From Polaribacter sp. (GTDB lineage: Bacteria > Pseudomonadota > Gammaproteobacteria > GCA-001735895), in assembly GCA_047615545.1 (NCBI GenBank), contig JBLHID010000003.1, forward strand, positions 1 to 53,374: a stretch of DNA of 53,374 nt. The letters are read 5' to 3'. The translations under genes and the position numbers were made by a program. The notes beneath the pieces were generated by a model. That model did not search any database and was not told the origin of the DNA. It was given only the letters and a program-made list of their open reading frames with translations. Of this stretch, positions 10,682 through 19,920 are shown one piece after another. Every line of letters begins with the position of its first letter. Position 1 is the first letter of the stretch.

Positions 10682-11346
10682 TGGGCAATAACTTCAAAAA
10701 TAGGCGGTAGTGCTTGTTGATAGCCGCAGCAAAAAATGGGGTATTCACAATACACCAGTAAATCTTCAAAATTATTCATATCGGGAGTTATATTCGGTTT
10801 AACCTGATTCAATATGACGGCGGCTATCGCCAAACCCTTATTTTCAATCGCCTGTATCGTCAGTAAAGCCTGGTTAACAGCACCAATTTTATTGTTGATG
10901 ACGATAATGGCTGGCAATTGCAACAAGCCTGCAAGATCGGCATTGAGACCATCGTCCGCCATGGGTGAGTAGAAACCGCCTGCGCCCTCGACTATCAGCG
11001 TGCTATTGCCATCATCTCGTGAACAAGCATTGAGTAAACTATTGAGCAGTAATTGCCGCCCTTCGATTCTGGCTGCACGATGGGGTGCCAAAGCCGCTCC
11101 AAACTTGAAAGGCGTAATCCTATCGATACTTTCATGCTGCGAATTCGCTGTTTGAAGCTTTAGGCCATCGGCTGGAACCATGTTTCCCGACGTATCTAGC
11201 TTGCAACCCGACTCAGCCGGTTTGCGCGTTTCCAATGACAGTCCAAATTCACCTAGCTGCCGGACTATTTCGCAAGTGATATAGGTCTTGCCGACATCGG
11301 TGTCAGAACCAGTAATAAAATAACCCGAGGTATGGATAGGAATCAT
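10678..11346 (-). CDS. bioD: Dethiobiotin synthetase (start placed at ATG 11346)
   Basis: YFITGSDTDVGKT P-loop, KPAESG, IVEGAGG and IGAVNQALLT. The upstream ORF extension overlaps rapA and is not coding. Confidence 0.93.
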   Translation of the reverse strand: MIPIHTSGYFITGSDTDVGKTYITCEIVRQLGEFGLSLETRKPAESGCKLDTSGNMVPADGLKLQTANSQHESIDRITPFKFGAALAPHRAARIEGRQLLLNSLLNACSRDDGNSTLIVEGAGGFYSPMADDGLNADLAGLLQLPAIIVINNKIGAVNQALLTIQAIENKGLAIAAVILNQVKPNITPDMNNFEDLLVYCEYPIFCCGYQQALPPIFEVIAQ

Positions 11347-11471
11347 CGCGACATTCTGTTCAACAAGTGCAGCAACTTCAAGCAATGATTGAATTGCCTT
11401 GCTATAATATGTCACCAAAATGCGCCACGAATTTTTCTTATCGGGTTTATCCCGAATCAGGTAACCAATCA

Positions 11472-14390
11472 GTGTCACGATCCGCAACAAATGCAGCACC
11501 AGAATTTTCGATAGGGCAACGCTGGATAAGCGTTGCCGAACTTCAACTAGGTCTTGGGATGGTGATCGAAATTGAGCATAGGACGGTGAGCATAATTTTC
11601 CCTGCAACGACCGAAACCCGAATATACGCTCGGCAGGACGCACCCTTGTCGCGTGTGCGTTTTTCACCTGACGACTTGGTTTTGAATCAACAGGACGAGG
11701 CTTTCACAATCGTTGAGCTTAAAGAATCGAACGGTCTGATTGTTTATCAATGTCTTAACGAAGCCGGCGAGACAGTTGCGCTTCCGGAAGGGAAGCTCAA
11801 TAATTTCCTTCAGTTAAATCGTCCGGGCGAGCGTTTAATGAATGGTCAAATTGACCGTAATAAATGGTTTGCACTGCGCTATCGCACCCGCGAAATTGCG
11901 AATGCCTTGTTGCAGTCACCGGTGTATGGCTTAGCCGGTTGTCGCACCAGTTTAATCGCACACCAGCTTTATATCGCACACGAAGTCTCACAACGTTACG
12001 CGCCACGTGTCTTGTTGGCAGATGAAGTAGGCCTAGGAAAAACCATTGAAGCCGGTCTTATCTTGCATCAACAATTACTCACAGAACGCGCTAATCGAGT
12101 GTTAATTGTGGTACCTGAAAGTCTGGTGCACCAGTGGTTGGTCGAAATGATGCGACGTTTCAATTTGATGTTCAGCGTGTTCGATGAAGCGCGTTGTGAC
12201 GATATGCTAGAGCAAGATGACGACAGGCAGAACGAGCTGGATAATCCATTTCACAGTGAACAGCTTATTCTTTGTAGCCTACAATTTCTGGTCGATAACC
12301 CGATACGAGCTCAGCAGGCAGTCGAGGGCGAATGGGATCTTCTGGTGGTCGATGAAGCGCATCACCTGAGTTGGTCTGCCGAATCGGTGAGTGACGAATA
12401 CAAAACGGTCGAATGCTTGGCAAAGCAAACACCTGGCGTGCTGTTGCTGACGGCGACACCCGAGCAACTAGGTAAGGAGAGTCACTTCGCTAGGCTAAGG
12501 TTACTAGACCCAAATCGGTTTAATGACTTAAATAGTTTTCTAAAAGAAGAGTCCAACTATGAGGCACTCGCTGATTTAGTCGACGCACTTCAACTAGATA
12601 CATTGTTAGATAGCGGTCAGCTAAAACTGATTGAACAAACTGTTGGTGAAGCTGAAAACCAAAAATGGATTAGCCTGTTAGAAAGTGAAGATAAAGAAGA
12701 TCGGTCTGCTGCGCAAATATCGCTGGTCGAAAACGTGCTTGATCGACATGGTACGGGTCGAGTGCTATTTCGTAATACGCGTCATACCATTAAAGGATTC
12801 CCCGAGCGTGAAGTCCATGCCTATCCTTTGCCGGTATCGGCTCATTGGCAAATGAAATATATGCTTTCAGAAGGTAAGCCAGATCACCCACCACAGTATT
12901 TATTATCACCCGAACTTGGCTTCCAAGAGGATGACGCCAATTTTAATTGGGCCAGTGGCGATGAGCGCATCAAATGGTTAGCAGAATTCCTGCAAAATAA
13001 CACCGACAATAAAGTACTAGTGATTACATCAAGTGCCAAAACAGCCCTTGGAATAGCAGAGCAGGTTCGGCTGAAAACAGGCATAAAAGCCGCTGTTTTT
13101 CACGAAGGTATGAGCTTGGTCGAACGTGATCGTGGTGCTGCATTTTTTGCCGATAATGAAACCGGAACTCAGGTTTTAATCTGTTCAGAAATCGGTAGTG
13201 AAGGTCGTAACTTTCAATTCGCCCATCACATGGTTTTGTTCGACCTACCAGTCAATCCAGATTTATTAGAACAACGCATCGGCCGTCTAGATCGTATCGG
13301 TCAGAATGCCACTATCAATATACACGTCCCTTATTTACAAGGTACTGCGCAAGAAGTGATGTTTCGGTGGTATCACGAAGGCTTAAATGCCTTTACTCAA
13401 ACCTGTGCTGCTGGCCATCAGGTGTTCATGCAGACACGGGTAGAATTATTCAAACATTTGGCCGAACCAGAGTTACCACTCGATAAATTTATCGAGCAGA
13501 GCAATCAGCTTTACCAGCAATTAAACGAAGCCTTACAAGTGGGGCGAGACCGCCTGTTGGAGGCTAACTCCTGTCGACCTCTGCTTGCCGAAGAGCTAGT
13601 CGAAGAAGCAATTGCGCGTGATTATGAGCATGATATTTTCAGCTACATGGAGCGGCTCTACGATTGTTATGGTGTCGACAGCGAAATCCGTGGTCCCGAT
13701 AGTTGGGTTATTTCGCCAGGTGATAACATGCTCACTAAAATGCCCGGCTTACCGGATGACGGCATGACTATCACCTATCGTCGCAATGTCGCACTCGCGA
13801 ATGAAGACCTACGTTTCCTCAGCTGGGAACACCCGTTCGTACGCAATGCAATGGACATGATCCTGAGTAGCGAGTTTGGTAATACCTCGCTAGTGGCCAT
13901 CAAATACAGCACTGTAAAACCGGGCACTATTTTACTCGATTGCCACTTCCTAATGGAATTCTCTGACGACTGTAAGCTCAATAGCCAACGCTACTTCCCA
14001 AACAGCAGTGTACACATGGTAGTCGATGAACAACGTCGAGATCATAGTGCTGTACTCAGCCACGAGACAATCCAAGAAATATCCCAACGGGTTGATATCG
14101 ATACCGCGGTAAAAGTCGTCAAGGCACGCCAGACTGAATTAAATGGTCTGCTTGAACTGGCAGAAAAAGCTGCGAATTTAAAGGTGGCTGCGTTAGTGGC
14201 AGCCGCCAAACAACGCAGTCAAGACGTACTCGAACGAGAAATTGATCGACTGATTGCACTACAAAAAGTAAATGCTAATGTCCGCAACGAAGAGATTCAG
14301 TTCTACCGAGATCAGCTAAGCCAGTTCGAAAGTTCCTTAGGACATGCTAGGTTAAGGTTGGATGCGATACGGGTGATGGTTTCTATTTAG
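11472..14390 (+). CDS. rapA: RNA polymerase-associated Swi2/Snf2 ATPase RapA (start uncertain: GTG 11472 or ATG 11409)
   Basis: FSIGQRWIS, LLADEVGLGKTIEAG, VVDEAHH, SEIGSEGRNFQFA and LEQRIGRLDRIGQ motifs. Confidence 0.97.
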   Translation: MSRSATNAAPEFSIGQRWISVAELQLGLGMVIEIEHRTVSIIFPATTETRIYARQDAPLSRVRFSPDDLVLNQQDEAFTIVELKESNGLIVYQCLNEAGETVALPEGKLNNFLQLNRPGERLMNGQIDRNKWFALRYRTREIANALLQSPVYGLAGCRTSLIAHQLYIAHEVSQRYAPRVLLADEVGLGKTIEAGLILHQQLLTERANRVLIVVPESLVHQWLVEMMRRFNLMFSVFDEARCDDMLEQDDDRQNELDNPFHSEQLILCSLQFLVDNPIRAQQAVEGEWDLLVVDEAHHLSWSAESVSDEYKTVECLAKQTPGVLLLTATPEQLGKESHFARLRLLDPNRFNDLNSFLKEESNYEALADLVDALQLDTLLDSGQLKLIEQTVGEAENQKWISLLESEDKEDRSAAQISLVENVLDRHGTGRVLFRNTRHTIKGFPEREVHAYPLPVSAHWQMKYMLSEGKPDHPPQYLLSPELGFQEDDANFNWASGDERIKWLAEFLQNNTDNKVLVITSSAKTALGIAEQVRLKTGIKAAVFHEGMSLVERDRGAAFFADNETGTQVLICSEIGSEGRNFQFAHHMVLFDLPVNPDLLEQRIGRLDRIGQNATINIHVPYLQGTAQEVMFRWYHEGLNAFTQTCAAGHQVFMQTRVELFKHLAEPELPLDKFIEQSNQLYQQLNEALQVGRDRLLEANSCRPLLAEELVEEAIARDYEHDIFSYMERLYDCYGVDSEIRGPDSWVISPGDNMLTKMPGLPDDGMTITYRRNVALANEDLRFLSWEHPFVRNAMDMILSSEFGNTSLVAIKYSTVKPGTILLDCHFLMEFSDDCKLNSQRYFPNSSVHMVVDEQRRDHSAVLSHETIQEISQRVDIDTAVKVVKARQTELNGLLELAEKAANLKVAALVAAAKQRSQDVLEREIDRLIALQKVNANVRNEEIQFYRDQLSQFESSLGHARLRLDAIRVMVSI

Positions 14391-14441
14391 GCGTAACCTT
14401 AATGAACTGGTAGGTGGAGTTCATTCAGGAAGTAGGTCCAA

Positions 14442-14476
14442 GTAGGGCGGATAAGCGTACTGAACCGCATCATGGC
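14442..14476 (+). repeat. Degenerate GTAG-type REP sequence
   Basis: GTAGGGCGGATAAGCG...CCGCATC resembles enterobacterial-type REP. Two more GTAGG motifs lie just upstream. Confidence 0.4.
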
Positions 14477-14698
14477 CATACACATCAACATATTGGGTGT
14501 CCTAATAGTGTCCCACTCCCACTGGTGTTGCATTAAGTGAAAATGTAGATATGATTTAATTCAGTGAATGTACGATTTTTCGGTTCGAACACTATAATTT
14601 TTAATGCGAATTTTATTACTTAGGACTCCTAGCAGATTAGGCGCTTGTGTCATGAAAGGATTACCGTTGATAGTAAATGTAATATCCCGTCAAATTGA

Positions 14699-14717
14699 CG
14701 TCTACTAAGCGTTAGTT
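14699..14717 (+). mobile_element. Integron core (recombination crossover) site at the cassette 1 left boundary (attI-like, or the right end of a decayed attC)
   Basis: GTTAGTT (14711-14717) is followed by an RBS (AAGGA) and ATG 14732. It is the exact reverse complement of AACTAAC at the cassette end. Confidence 0.7.
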
Positions 14718-14731
14718 GTAAGGAAATAATC

Positions 14732-15163
14732 ATGGAATATATTTCAGCTGATCAAGCTGATGGAAACGAATTAGCTGAATTAAGGGCTTCTACGATGAAG
14801 CCCAGTCTAGTAGCTCTAGATCGTTTTAATGAAATTCGAGTACGAAGCCGATTTTTAGAAAAATGGGAATCAAATGACACTGTTGAAGTTATCGAAAATG
14901 GCGAATTATTAGGGCTCTACGTAGTACGAGAGAGAGGATTACCTTTTTCTTGATCACCTGTATATCAAAATAGCGCATCTAAGCAAAAACCGAGGTAAGG
15001 CCATTATCGAGGTTATAGTCGAAGCAGAAAAATTCAAAAGCTTACCTGTGCACCTTCGAGCATTGAGAGGCAGTCGTGCAAATAATTTCTATATTAAAAA
15101 TGGTTTTAAAAAACTCATAATGGCGAATTTGATATTTACTATGAATATCCAACTCACAACTAA
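14732..15163 (+). pseudogene. GNAT acetyltransferase gene cassette with two frameshifts
   Basis: MEYISADQAD...GLYVVRE, then after a shift in the GA repeat near 14930 EDYLFLDHLYIK...RGKAII...LRALRGSRANNFYIKNGF, then after a shift in the A-run near 15110 KTHNGEFDIYYEYPTHN*. The stop overlaps attC R''. Confidence 0.8.
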
Positions 15164-15223
15164 CAAGGCACTGTTGCCGAAATCACTTGCTGCGCTCGCT
15201 CTCCGTAAAGTGCGGCGTTAATA
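15158..15223 (+). mobile_element. Integron attC site
   Basis: AACTAAC-AAG-GCACT-G-TTGC...GTAA-AGTGC-GGC-GTTAATA: R'' and R' boxes, paired L boxes with an extrahelical G, 66 bp. Confidence 0.8.
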
Positions 15224-15240
15224 GTACTTAGGCCAGGGTT

Positions 15241-15519
15241 ATGATTAGCAAACTAAAAATTGCCTATATAGCTATGATTTATTTTATAGCTTTTGTCTTT
15301 CCATTTTTAGCACTGATTAACTGTTCTAAATGGCCTTTTGTTCTTAATTTAACTGAGAATATCTGCCTGCTTAATTATGAATTTATAAGAAGTACTGAGG
15401 GCTTTCTTAAAGGATTCCATTACGTAAACGCTTTCAATTTATACATTCCTATCATGTGTTATATTGCCTTCGTCGTTATTTTCGCGCATTTTTCGTCGAA
15501 GCTATTCAATAAAAAGTGA
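15241..15519 (+). CDS. Small AT-rich membrane protein, probable second gene cassette
   Basis: 92 aa with two hydrophobic segments. Starts 18 nt after the attC R' box. No downstream attC seen. Confidence 0.55.
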   Translation: MISKLKIAYIAMIYFIAFVFPFLALINCSKWPFVLNLTENICLLNYEFIRSTEGFLKGFHYVNAFNLYIPIMCYIAFVVIFAHFSSKLFNKK

Positions 15520-15551
15520 GATCATAAAGAGATCATAAAAAGATCATAAAG
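15519..15551 (+). repeat. 11-bp tandem repeat x3 (AGATCATAAAR)
   Basis: AGATCATAAAG AGATCATAAAA AGATCATAAAG. The last unit overlaps the inverted-repeat end of the adjacent element. Confidence 0.9.
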
Positions 15552-16066
15552 GACAGGCAGTCTTTAAAATCACCCAATCTACAGTCAGAGAAAACTGTCG
15601 GTTTCAGAAGATAAGTTACAATCTGTGAATAAAAACGGAATTTAACCAAAAAATACGTTTTCCAGGTATAGCTGTCCGCTAACGCTCGAAGCGTTTTCAT
15701 TATTGGTTGGTTATTGCGAGTCAGGCAGTCTTTTACTGGGTTCGTCGCTTTTTAGCGAATTGTGAGGCGTAGAGTTTTTCAAACTGCTGGCTTTGTTGGC
15801 CCTATAAAACAACTAAGCATGGGCACTCTTAAAGTTCACCTTTACCGGAATGAGGATCAATACCACTCAGGTAACTACGACGTACAAAGCGGGAAATAAC
15901 AGGCTGATAGGGAGTATCTTCAATGGCGACGAGCTGTTTTCTGGTTAGGGTCATCGTGTTACTTTAACGATTGAGGTGTATCCTTTCTTCCTTGATATTT
16001 GATGCTGAGTGGGTAATGGTATATTGTGAAACCAAGAGTGCCAATTCGAGAGTGCCTGTCCTTTAT
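15546..16066 (-). mobile_element. Internally deleted RAYT-like/IS200-superfamily HUH (Y1) transposase element with 14-bp inverted repeats
   Basis: Perfect IR ATAAAGGACAGGCA (15546-15559) / TGCCTGTCCTTTAT (16053-16066) encloses transposase fragments on the minus strand. Confidence 0.7.
15829..15954 (-). pseudogene. N-terminal fragment of a RAYT-like transposase
   Basis: MTLTRKQLVAIEDTPYQPVISRFVRRSYLSGIDPHSGKGEL* resembles the recalled N-terminus 'R..LVS.EDTPYYH..SRCVRR.FLCG.D..SG' of marine gammaproteobacterial Y1 transposases. A possible C-terminal relic QQFEKLYASQFAKKRRT follows. Confidence 0.7.
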
Positions 16067-16146
16067 TCTCTGCTAGCGTCCTTGATATTGCTTTTTGGCC
16101 AGAGGGTGGGTCTAGATCGATCATGTATAAATCATCAAGATAGAAT

Positions 16147-17181
16147 ATGGGCGACCATCTAACAAAAGACCTCGATCAGGATCCTATTGCACAGCGCTTG
16201 GCGTTAGCTGATTCAGTTCCCATCATCGATTTTCAAAGGCTTGCTAACGGTCTAGTAACTGAGCAGGTGGTGCAAGAAATAGCCGAAGCCTGCAAAAACT
16301 GGGGTTTTTTCCAGATTGTGAACTACGGTTTTCCAGATAATTTAATCCAAAAAGTGCTGAGCTGCTCACGACATTTTTTTGATTTACCAGTTGCTGCCAA
16401 AGAGTCAATTCTACGTAGCAAAGATAACCCTTGGGGTTATTATAATAACGAGCTGACTAAAAATAAAAGGGACAAGAAAGAGGTGTTTGATTTCACCCGT
16501 CCAGGTATTGATACTATTTACAGTGCAGAAAATCGATGGTTAGCAGATGAAAAGACATTTAAGGCCGTCATGCAGGAGTACTATACAGAGTGTTCAGCGC
16601 TCTCTATGCAATTGCTAAAAGCATTCTGCCGTGGGCTGAATCTTCCTGCGAATTATCTACATAAAGATTTTGAAAATAGCCATACGGGCTTTGTTCGACT
16701 TAATTACTATCCGCTTGAGGATCCACTGGCGGAATCAACGCAAAAACCTCAATCCGAAGCTGGCTACGGTATCCATCACCACACCGATGCTGGAGCCCTC
16801 ACAGTATTGTTGCAAGGTAATATCGGCGGCCTGCAGGTTCATAGAGACGGACATTGGTATGACATTCAACCAATAGAAGGTGCGTTAGTAGTGAATATTG
16901 GCGATATGATGCAAGTATGGTCAAATGACACTTATACGGCAGCAGTACATCGTGTGCAGGCAATGACGCGGTCCAAGCGCTACAGTATCCCTTTCTTTTT
17001 GAATCCTGCGGCGCACGCCCACATAGGTCCATTGCCCACTGTAATTAGTGATCAGCGACCAGCGCTTTATAGTCCGATTAACTGGGCTGAGTATCGTGGA
17101 AAAAGATCAGAGGGTGACTATGCTGATTACGGTACGGAAATACAGATCTCTCAATATAGATTAGAAACCCAAGATTGCTAA
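16147..17181 (+). CDS. 2-oxoglutarate/Fe(II)-dependent oxygenase (isopenicillin N synthase-like)
   Basis: VPIIDF, EACKNWGFFQIVN, RLNYYP, HTD(AGALTVL), H-R and RYSIPFF give the HxD...H and RxS motifs. Confidence 0.92.
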   Translation: MGDHLTKDLDQDPIAQRLALADSVPIIDFQRLANGLVTEQVVQEIAEACKNWGFFQIVNYGFPDNLIQKVLSCSRHFFDLPVAAKESILRSKDNPWGYYNNELTKNKRDKKEVFDFTRPGIDTIYSAENRWLADEKTFKAVMQEYYTECSALSMQLLKAFCRGLNLPANYLHKDFENSHTGFVRLNYYPLEDPLAESTQKPQSEAGYGIHHHTDAGALTVLLQGNIGGLQVHRDGHWYDIQPIEGALVVNIGDMMQVWSNDTYTAAVHRVQAMTRSKRYSIPFFLNPAAHAHIGPLPTVISDQRPALYSPINWAEYRGKRSEGDYADYGTEIQISQYRLETQDC

Positions 17182-17195
17182 CGATTACGCAATAG

Positions 17196-17218
17196 AAGAC
17201 TGCCTGTCGTTTATTCTC
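17196..17218 (+). repeat. Third copy of the RAYT-element end sequence
   Basis: AAGACTGCCTGTCGTTTATTCTC is an 18/19 reverse-complement match to 15546-15564 and a direct repeat of the 16053 copy. Confidence 0.75.
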
Positions 17219-17271
17219 AGTTACGCTGTCAATGGTGGCGATGATAGCTGGTTAGCTAAGTGTTATACATT

Positions 17272-17829
17272 ATGAAAAACTTTGTAATTAGTTTGATAGT
17301 TTTGATCATAGGTTTAGTGGCCATTATTTTGTTTTTAAAAAGCAAAGTATTAACTCCTTTAGAAAGTGCCAGAAAAGCGCTGACGGAGGTTATGTTTCCA
17401 CTTGAAAAAATTACTGATCCAGTATTTAATCAATACAGGGTTGCACCTTATGCATTCAACAAGGCATCCAGTTTAATTTTAGAAAAAGGCACTGATAATT
17501 GGAATTTTAGAACACGTTACCGAGAAGCATTCGAAGCTACGGCGAATTTTGCTGGGAAGTATAAAGTTGTGCAGTGGGGTTGCGGGACGCAATGTCAGCA
17601 GAATTCATTGATAAATCTAGCAACAGGAGAAATTATTAATGGTTTCACATCCAGTTATGGGGTTGGTTATAAATTGAATAGTACGTTGTTTATTGTTAAC
17701 CCTTTTGTAGATGAAGATTTTAAACATGGACGATCGCCTATTTATGCTTCGCCCAAGCTATACAATTTCGATGGAAATAAGTTCTATTTTATAAAAAACC
17801 AAGCACACGAAATTAGAGAGTTTGAGTAA
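17272..17829 (+). CDS. Hypothetical membrane-anchored/exported protein
   Basis: N-terminal hydrophobic helix and a conserved-looking FRT...ANFAGKY..VQWGCGTQCQ motif. AT-rich. Start placed at ATG 17272. Confidence 0.7.
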   Translation: MKNFVISLIVLIIGLVAIILFLKSKVLTPLESARKALTEVMFPLEKITDPVFNQYRVAPYAFNKASSLILEKGTDNWNFRTRYREAFEATANFAGKYKVVQWGCGTQCQQNSLINLATGEIINGFTSSYGVGYKLNSTLFIVNPFVDEDFKHGRSPIYASPKLYNFDGNKFYFIKNQAHEIREFE

Positions 17830-17927
17830 ATGAAACAATCGATCGATATATTAAGATGATAGATCTACTGACTTTTTCGTACGGGTTGCCCGTGACGACC
17901 ATCAAACGTAACTTGAGAAGCTCTTCC

Positions 17928-18566
17928 ATGAATCGTATATTACCCTTAATCGTTATCCTGCTATCCACATCAACAGTCCCTTTACCATCTATCGCCCAGT
18001 CGGATTATCTGTCCGCTCTCGAAAAGGAAGTGCTGGCACAGATGAATCTGGCGCGAACCAATCCCAAAGAGTTCTCCAAGGCCATAATAAAATATCGGTC
18101 TTATTATGACAGCCAAGGGATGGTGCACATTCCTGGAGAGATCACCCTGGGAACCAACGAAGGTGTTGAAGCTGTTGACGAGGCAATCAGAGCGCTCGCT
18201 GAGCAGTCTCCGATTGCAGCGATTAAACCATCGAAAGGTATGAGTGCTGGCGCTCGCGATCATGTAAAAGACCAAGGCCCGAAGGGTGACACTGGTCATT
18301 CAGGTAGCGATGGTAGCGACCCTTTTACACGCGTCAATCGCTATGGTGAGTGGGATGTCACCGCAGGCGAAAACATCAGCTATGGCGCAGACACCGGTGT
18401 CGGTGTCATTCTTCAGCTAATTATCGATGACGGCGTGCCCAGCCGCGGGCACCGCGAGAACATCTTCAATGCCAACTTCCTGGTAAGTGGTGTCGCTTGT
18501 GGTAGTCACAAAGTTTATCGACACATGTGCGTCATCAACTATGCCGGCAGCTACAAAGAGAAGTAA
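17928..18566 (+). CDS. Secreted CAP (SCP/PR-1) domain protein
   Basis: Signal peptide MNRILPLIVILL..., then NLARTNP, GHSGSDGSDPFTR, GENISYG and LIIDDGVPSRGHRENIF. Confidence 0.88.
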   Translation: MNRILPLIVILLSTSTVPLPSIAQSDYLSALEKEVLAQMNLARTNPKEFSKAIIKYRSYYDSQGMVHIPGEITLGTNEGVEAVDEAIRALAEQSPIAAIKPSKGMSAGARDHVKDQGPKGDTGHSGSDGSDPFTRVNRYGEWDVTAGENISYGADTGVGVILQLIIDDGVPSRGHRENIFNANFLVSGVACGSHKVYRHMCVINYAGSYKEK

Positions 18567-18807
18567 AACTATTGCAGGTAGTGACACAAAATAAAGGGAA
18601 TAGAGTAAGAAAACACCTTTAATATTAAACCTGTTTTAGGGTTCTATGTCACCAACAACCTACACAAACCACGGTGTGTGATTGAAGCTTATTGGCAGTA
18701 ATTAATAAAAGGGGTCAAAGACCCACCATTACTTTTTGAAAAAACTTTTCTATAGACTTCTAACCAATTTTATTGGTTTGGGCTCACGCCCTGATATTGT
18801 GTTGCTA

Positions 18808-19866
18808 TTAATTCGTGTATAACGCCCCGGTGCTAGTGGCCAAAAAGTCGTCAAGTGCGATGTCTTCCTGTTTGATAAAGCCCTGCTGGGGTAATTTGCC
18901 ATCGCGTACCATTTCGATCACCGCGACGACCGAGGCAGACGTTGTCCACGAAATAGCTGTACGTTTTTTGTCTGCAATTTCTATAGGTCTATAAGCCCGC
19001 ACAAATTCTTTACGTGCTGGCCGCGAATCACTCATACCTTCAGCTGCGACATGGACATAAACCACATCATCATCGACTGCTGGTTTGGCGTTAACCAAAA
19101 TTTGTCCTGCTTCTTCGCGTCGATCGCGCATCAGTAGTTCGTGAAAAAAGAAGTTCATTAAATCCATGTGGCCGGGATAACGCATGGTTTTGTAATCGAT
19201 GTTGGCGACTTTCCCGAGGTAGGTGTCGCACATGGTTGCGAGCCCGCCCGATGTGGTAAATGCTTCTAGTTTCATGCCGTCGATGTAAATTGTCTCTAAC
19301 CATTCCATGGGTGAAACCCACTTTCGTTCACCATCTTCGATCACTTCACAGTCATTCAAATATTCATTGACGACACCTTCGGGTGACCAGTTAAACGAAT
19401 AGCCCAATAGCCCCGTCGGGTTTTGCGGCAGTGCGCCGACGCGCATTCGACAAGATCGACATTCGCTTAGTTTGGATATCAAGCTGGCACCGACGATACC
19501 GACAAAACCGGGGGCCAGACCGCATTGCGGTGCCATCACGCCACGTGATGTTTTGCCTAGCTCGATAATGGCTTTGGTGGTCGCGACATCTTCGGTCAAA
19601 TCAAAATAATGAATGCCAGTATCATGTGCCAGTTTGGATATTTCAATATTGAGATGAAACGGCAGGCAAGACAGAACCGCATCTACTTTTTCGAGCTCGG
19701 TGCGCATGTTATCGACTGAACTGAGATCGACTACTCTAGTAGCAAAATCAAATCTTTCATTTATTTCACGCAGGTCAAAGCCAACCACATCAAATTTGGC
19801 ATCGTGCAATAGCTGAGCCGCCAACGCGCCTATCTTACCTAGTCCAAGTACTGCAATTTTTTTCAT
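18808..19866 (-). CDS. Lysine 6-dehydrogenase / saccharopine dehydrogenase family protein
   Basis: Rossmann GLGKIG, HYFDLTEDV, PQCGLAPG, WSPEGVVNEY, LEAFTTSGG and YKTMRYPGH. Start at ATG 19866. Confidence 0.85.
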   Translation of the reverse strand: MKKIAVLGLGKIGALAAQLLHDAKFDVVGFDLREINERFDFATRVVDLSSVDNMRTELEKVDAVLSCLPFHLNIEISKLAHDTGIHYFDLTEDVATTKAIIELGKTSRGVMAPQCGLAPGFVGIVGASLISKLSECRSCRMRVGALPQNPTGLLGYSFNWSPEGVVNEYLNDCEVIEDGERKWVSPMEWLETIYIDGMKLEAFTTSGGLATMCDTYLGKVANIDYKTMRYPGHMDLMNFFFHELLMRDRREEAGQILVNAKPAVDDDVVYVHVAAEGMSDSRPARKEFVRAYRPIEIADKKRTAISWTTSASVVAVIEMVRDGKLPQQGFIKQEDIALDDFLATSTGALYTN

Positions 19867-19920
19867 GCTTCTATCTCTTTTCAAGTTAGATAATTTCAAA
19901 TAAGACGGTAGGGATACCCT

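Noticed and set aside
11347-11667. N-terminal extension of the bioD ORF
   Set aside because: It overlaps rapA on the opposite strand. BioD homology starts at the ATG at 11346.
14391-14698. Integron integrase remnant or LexA box
   Set aside because: No tyrosine-recombinase motif was seen on inspection. CTGGTGTTGCATTAAG is too weak a LexA match.
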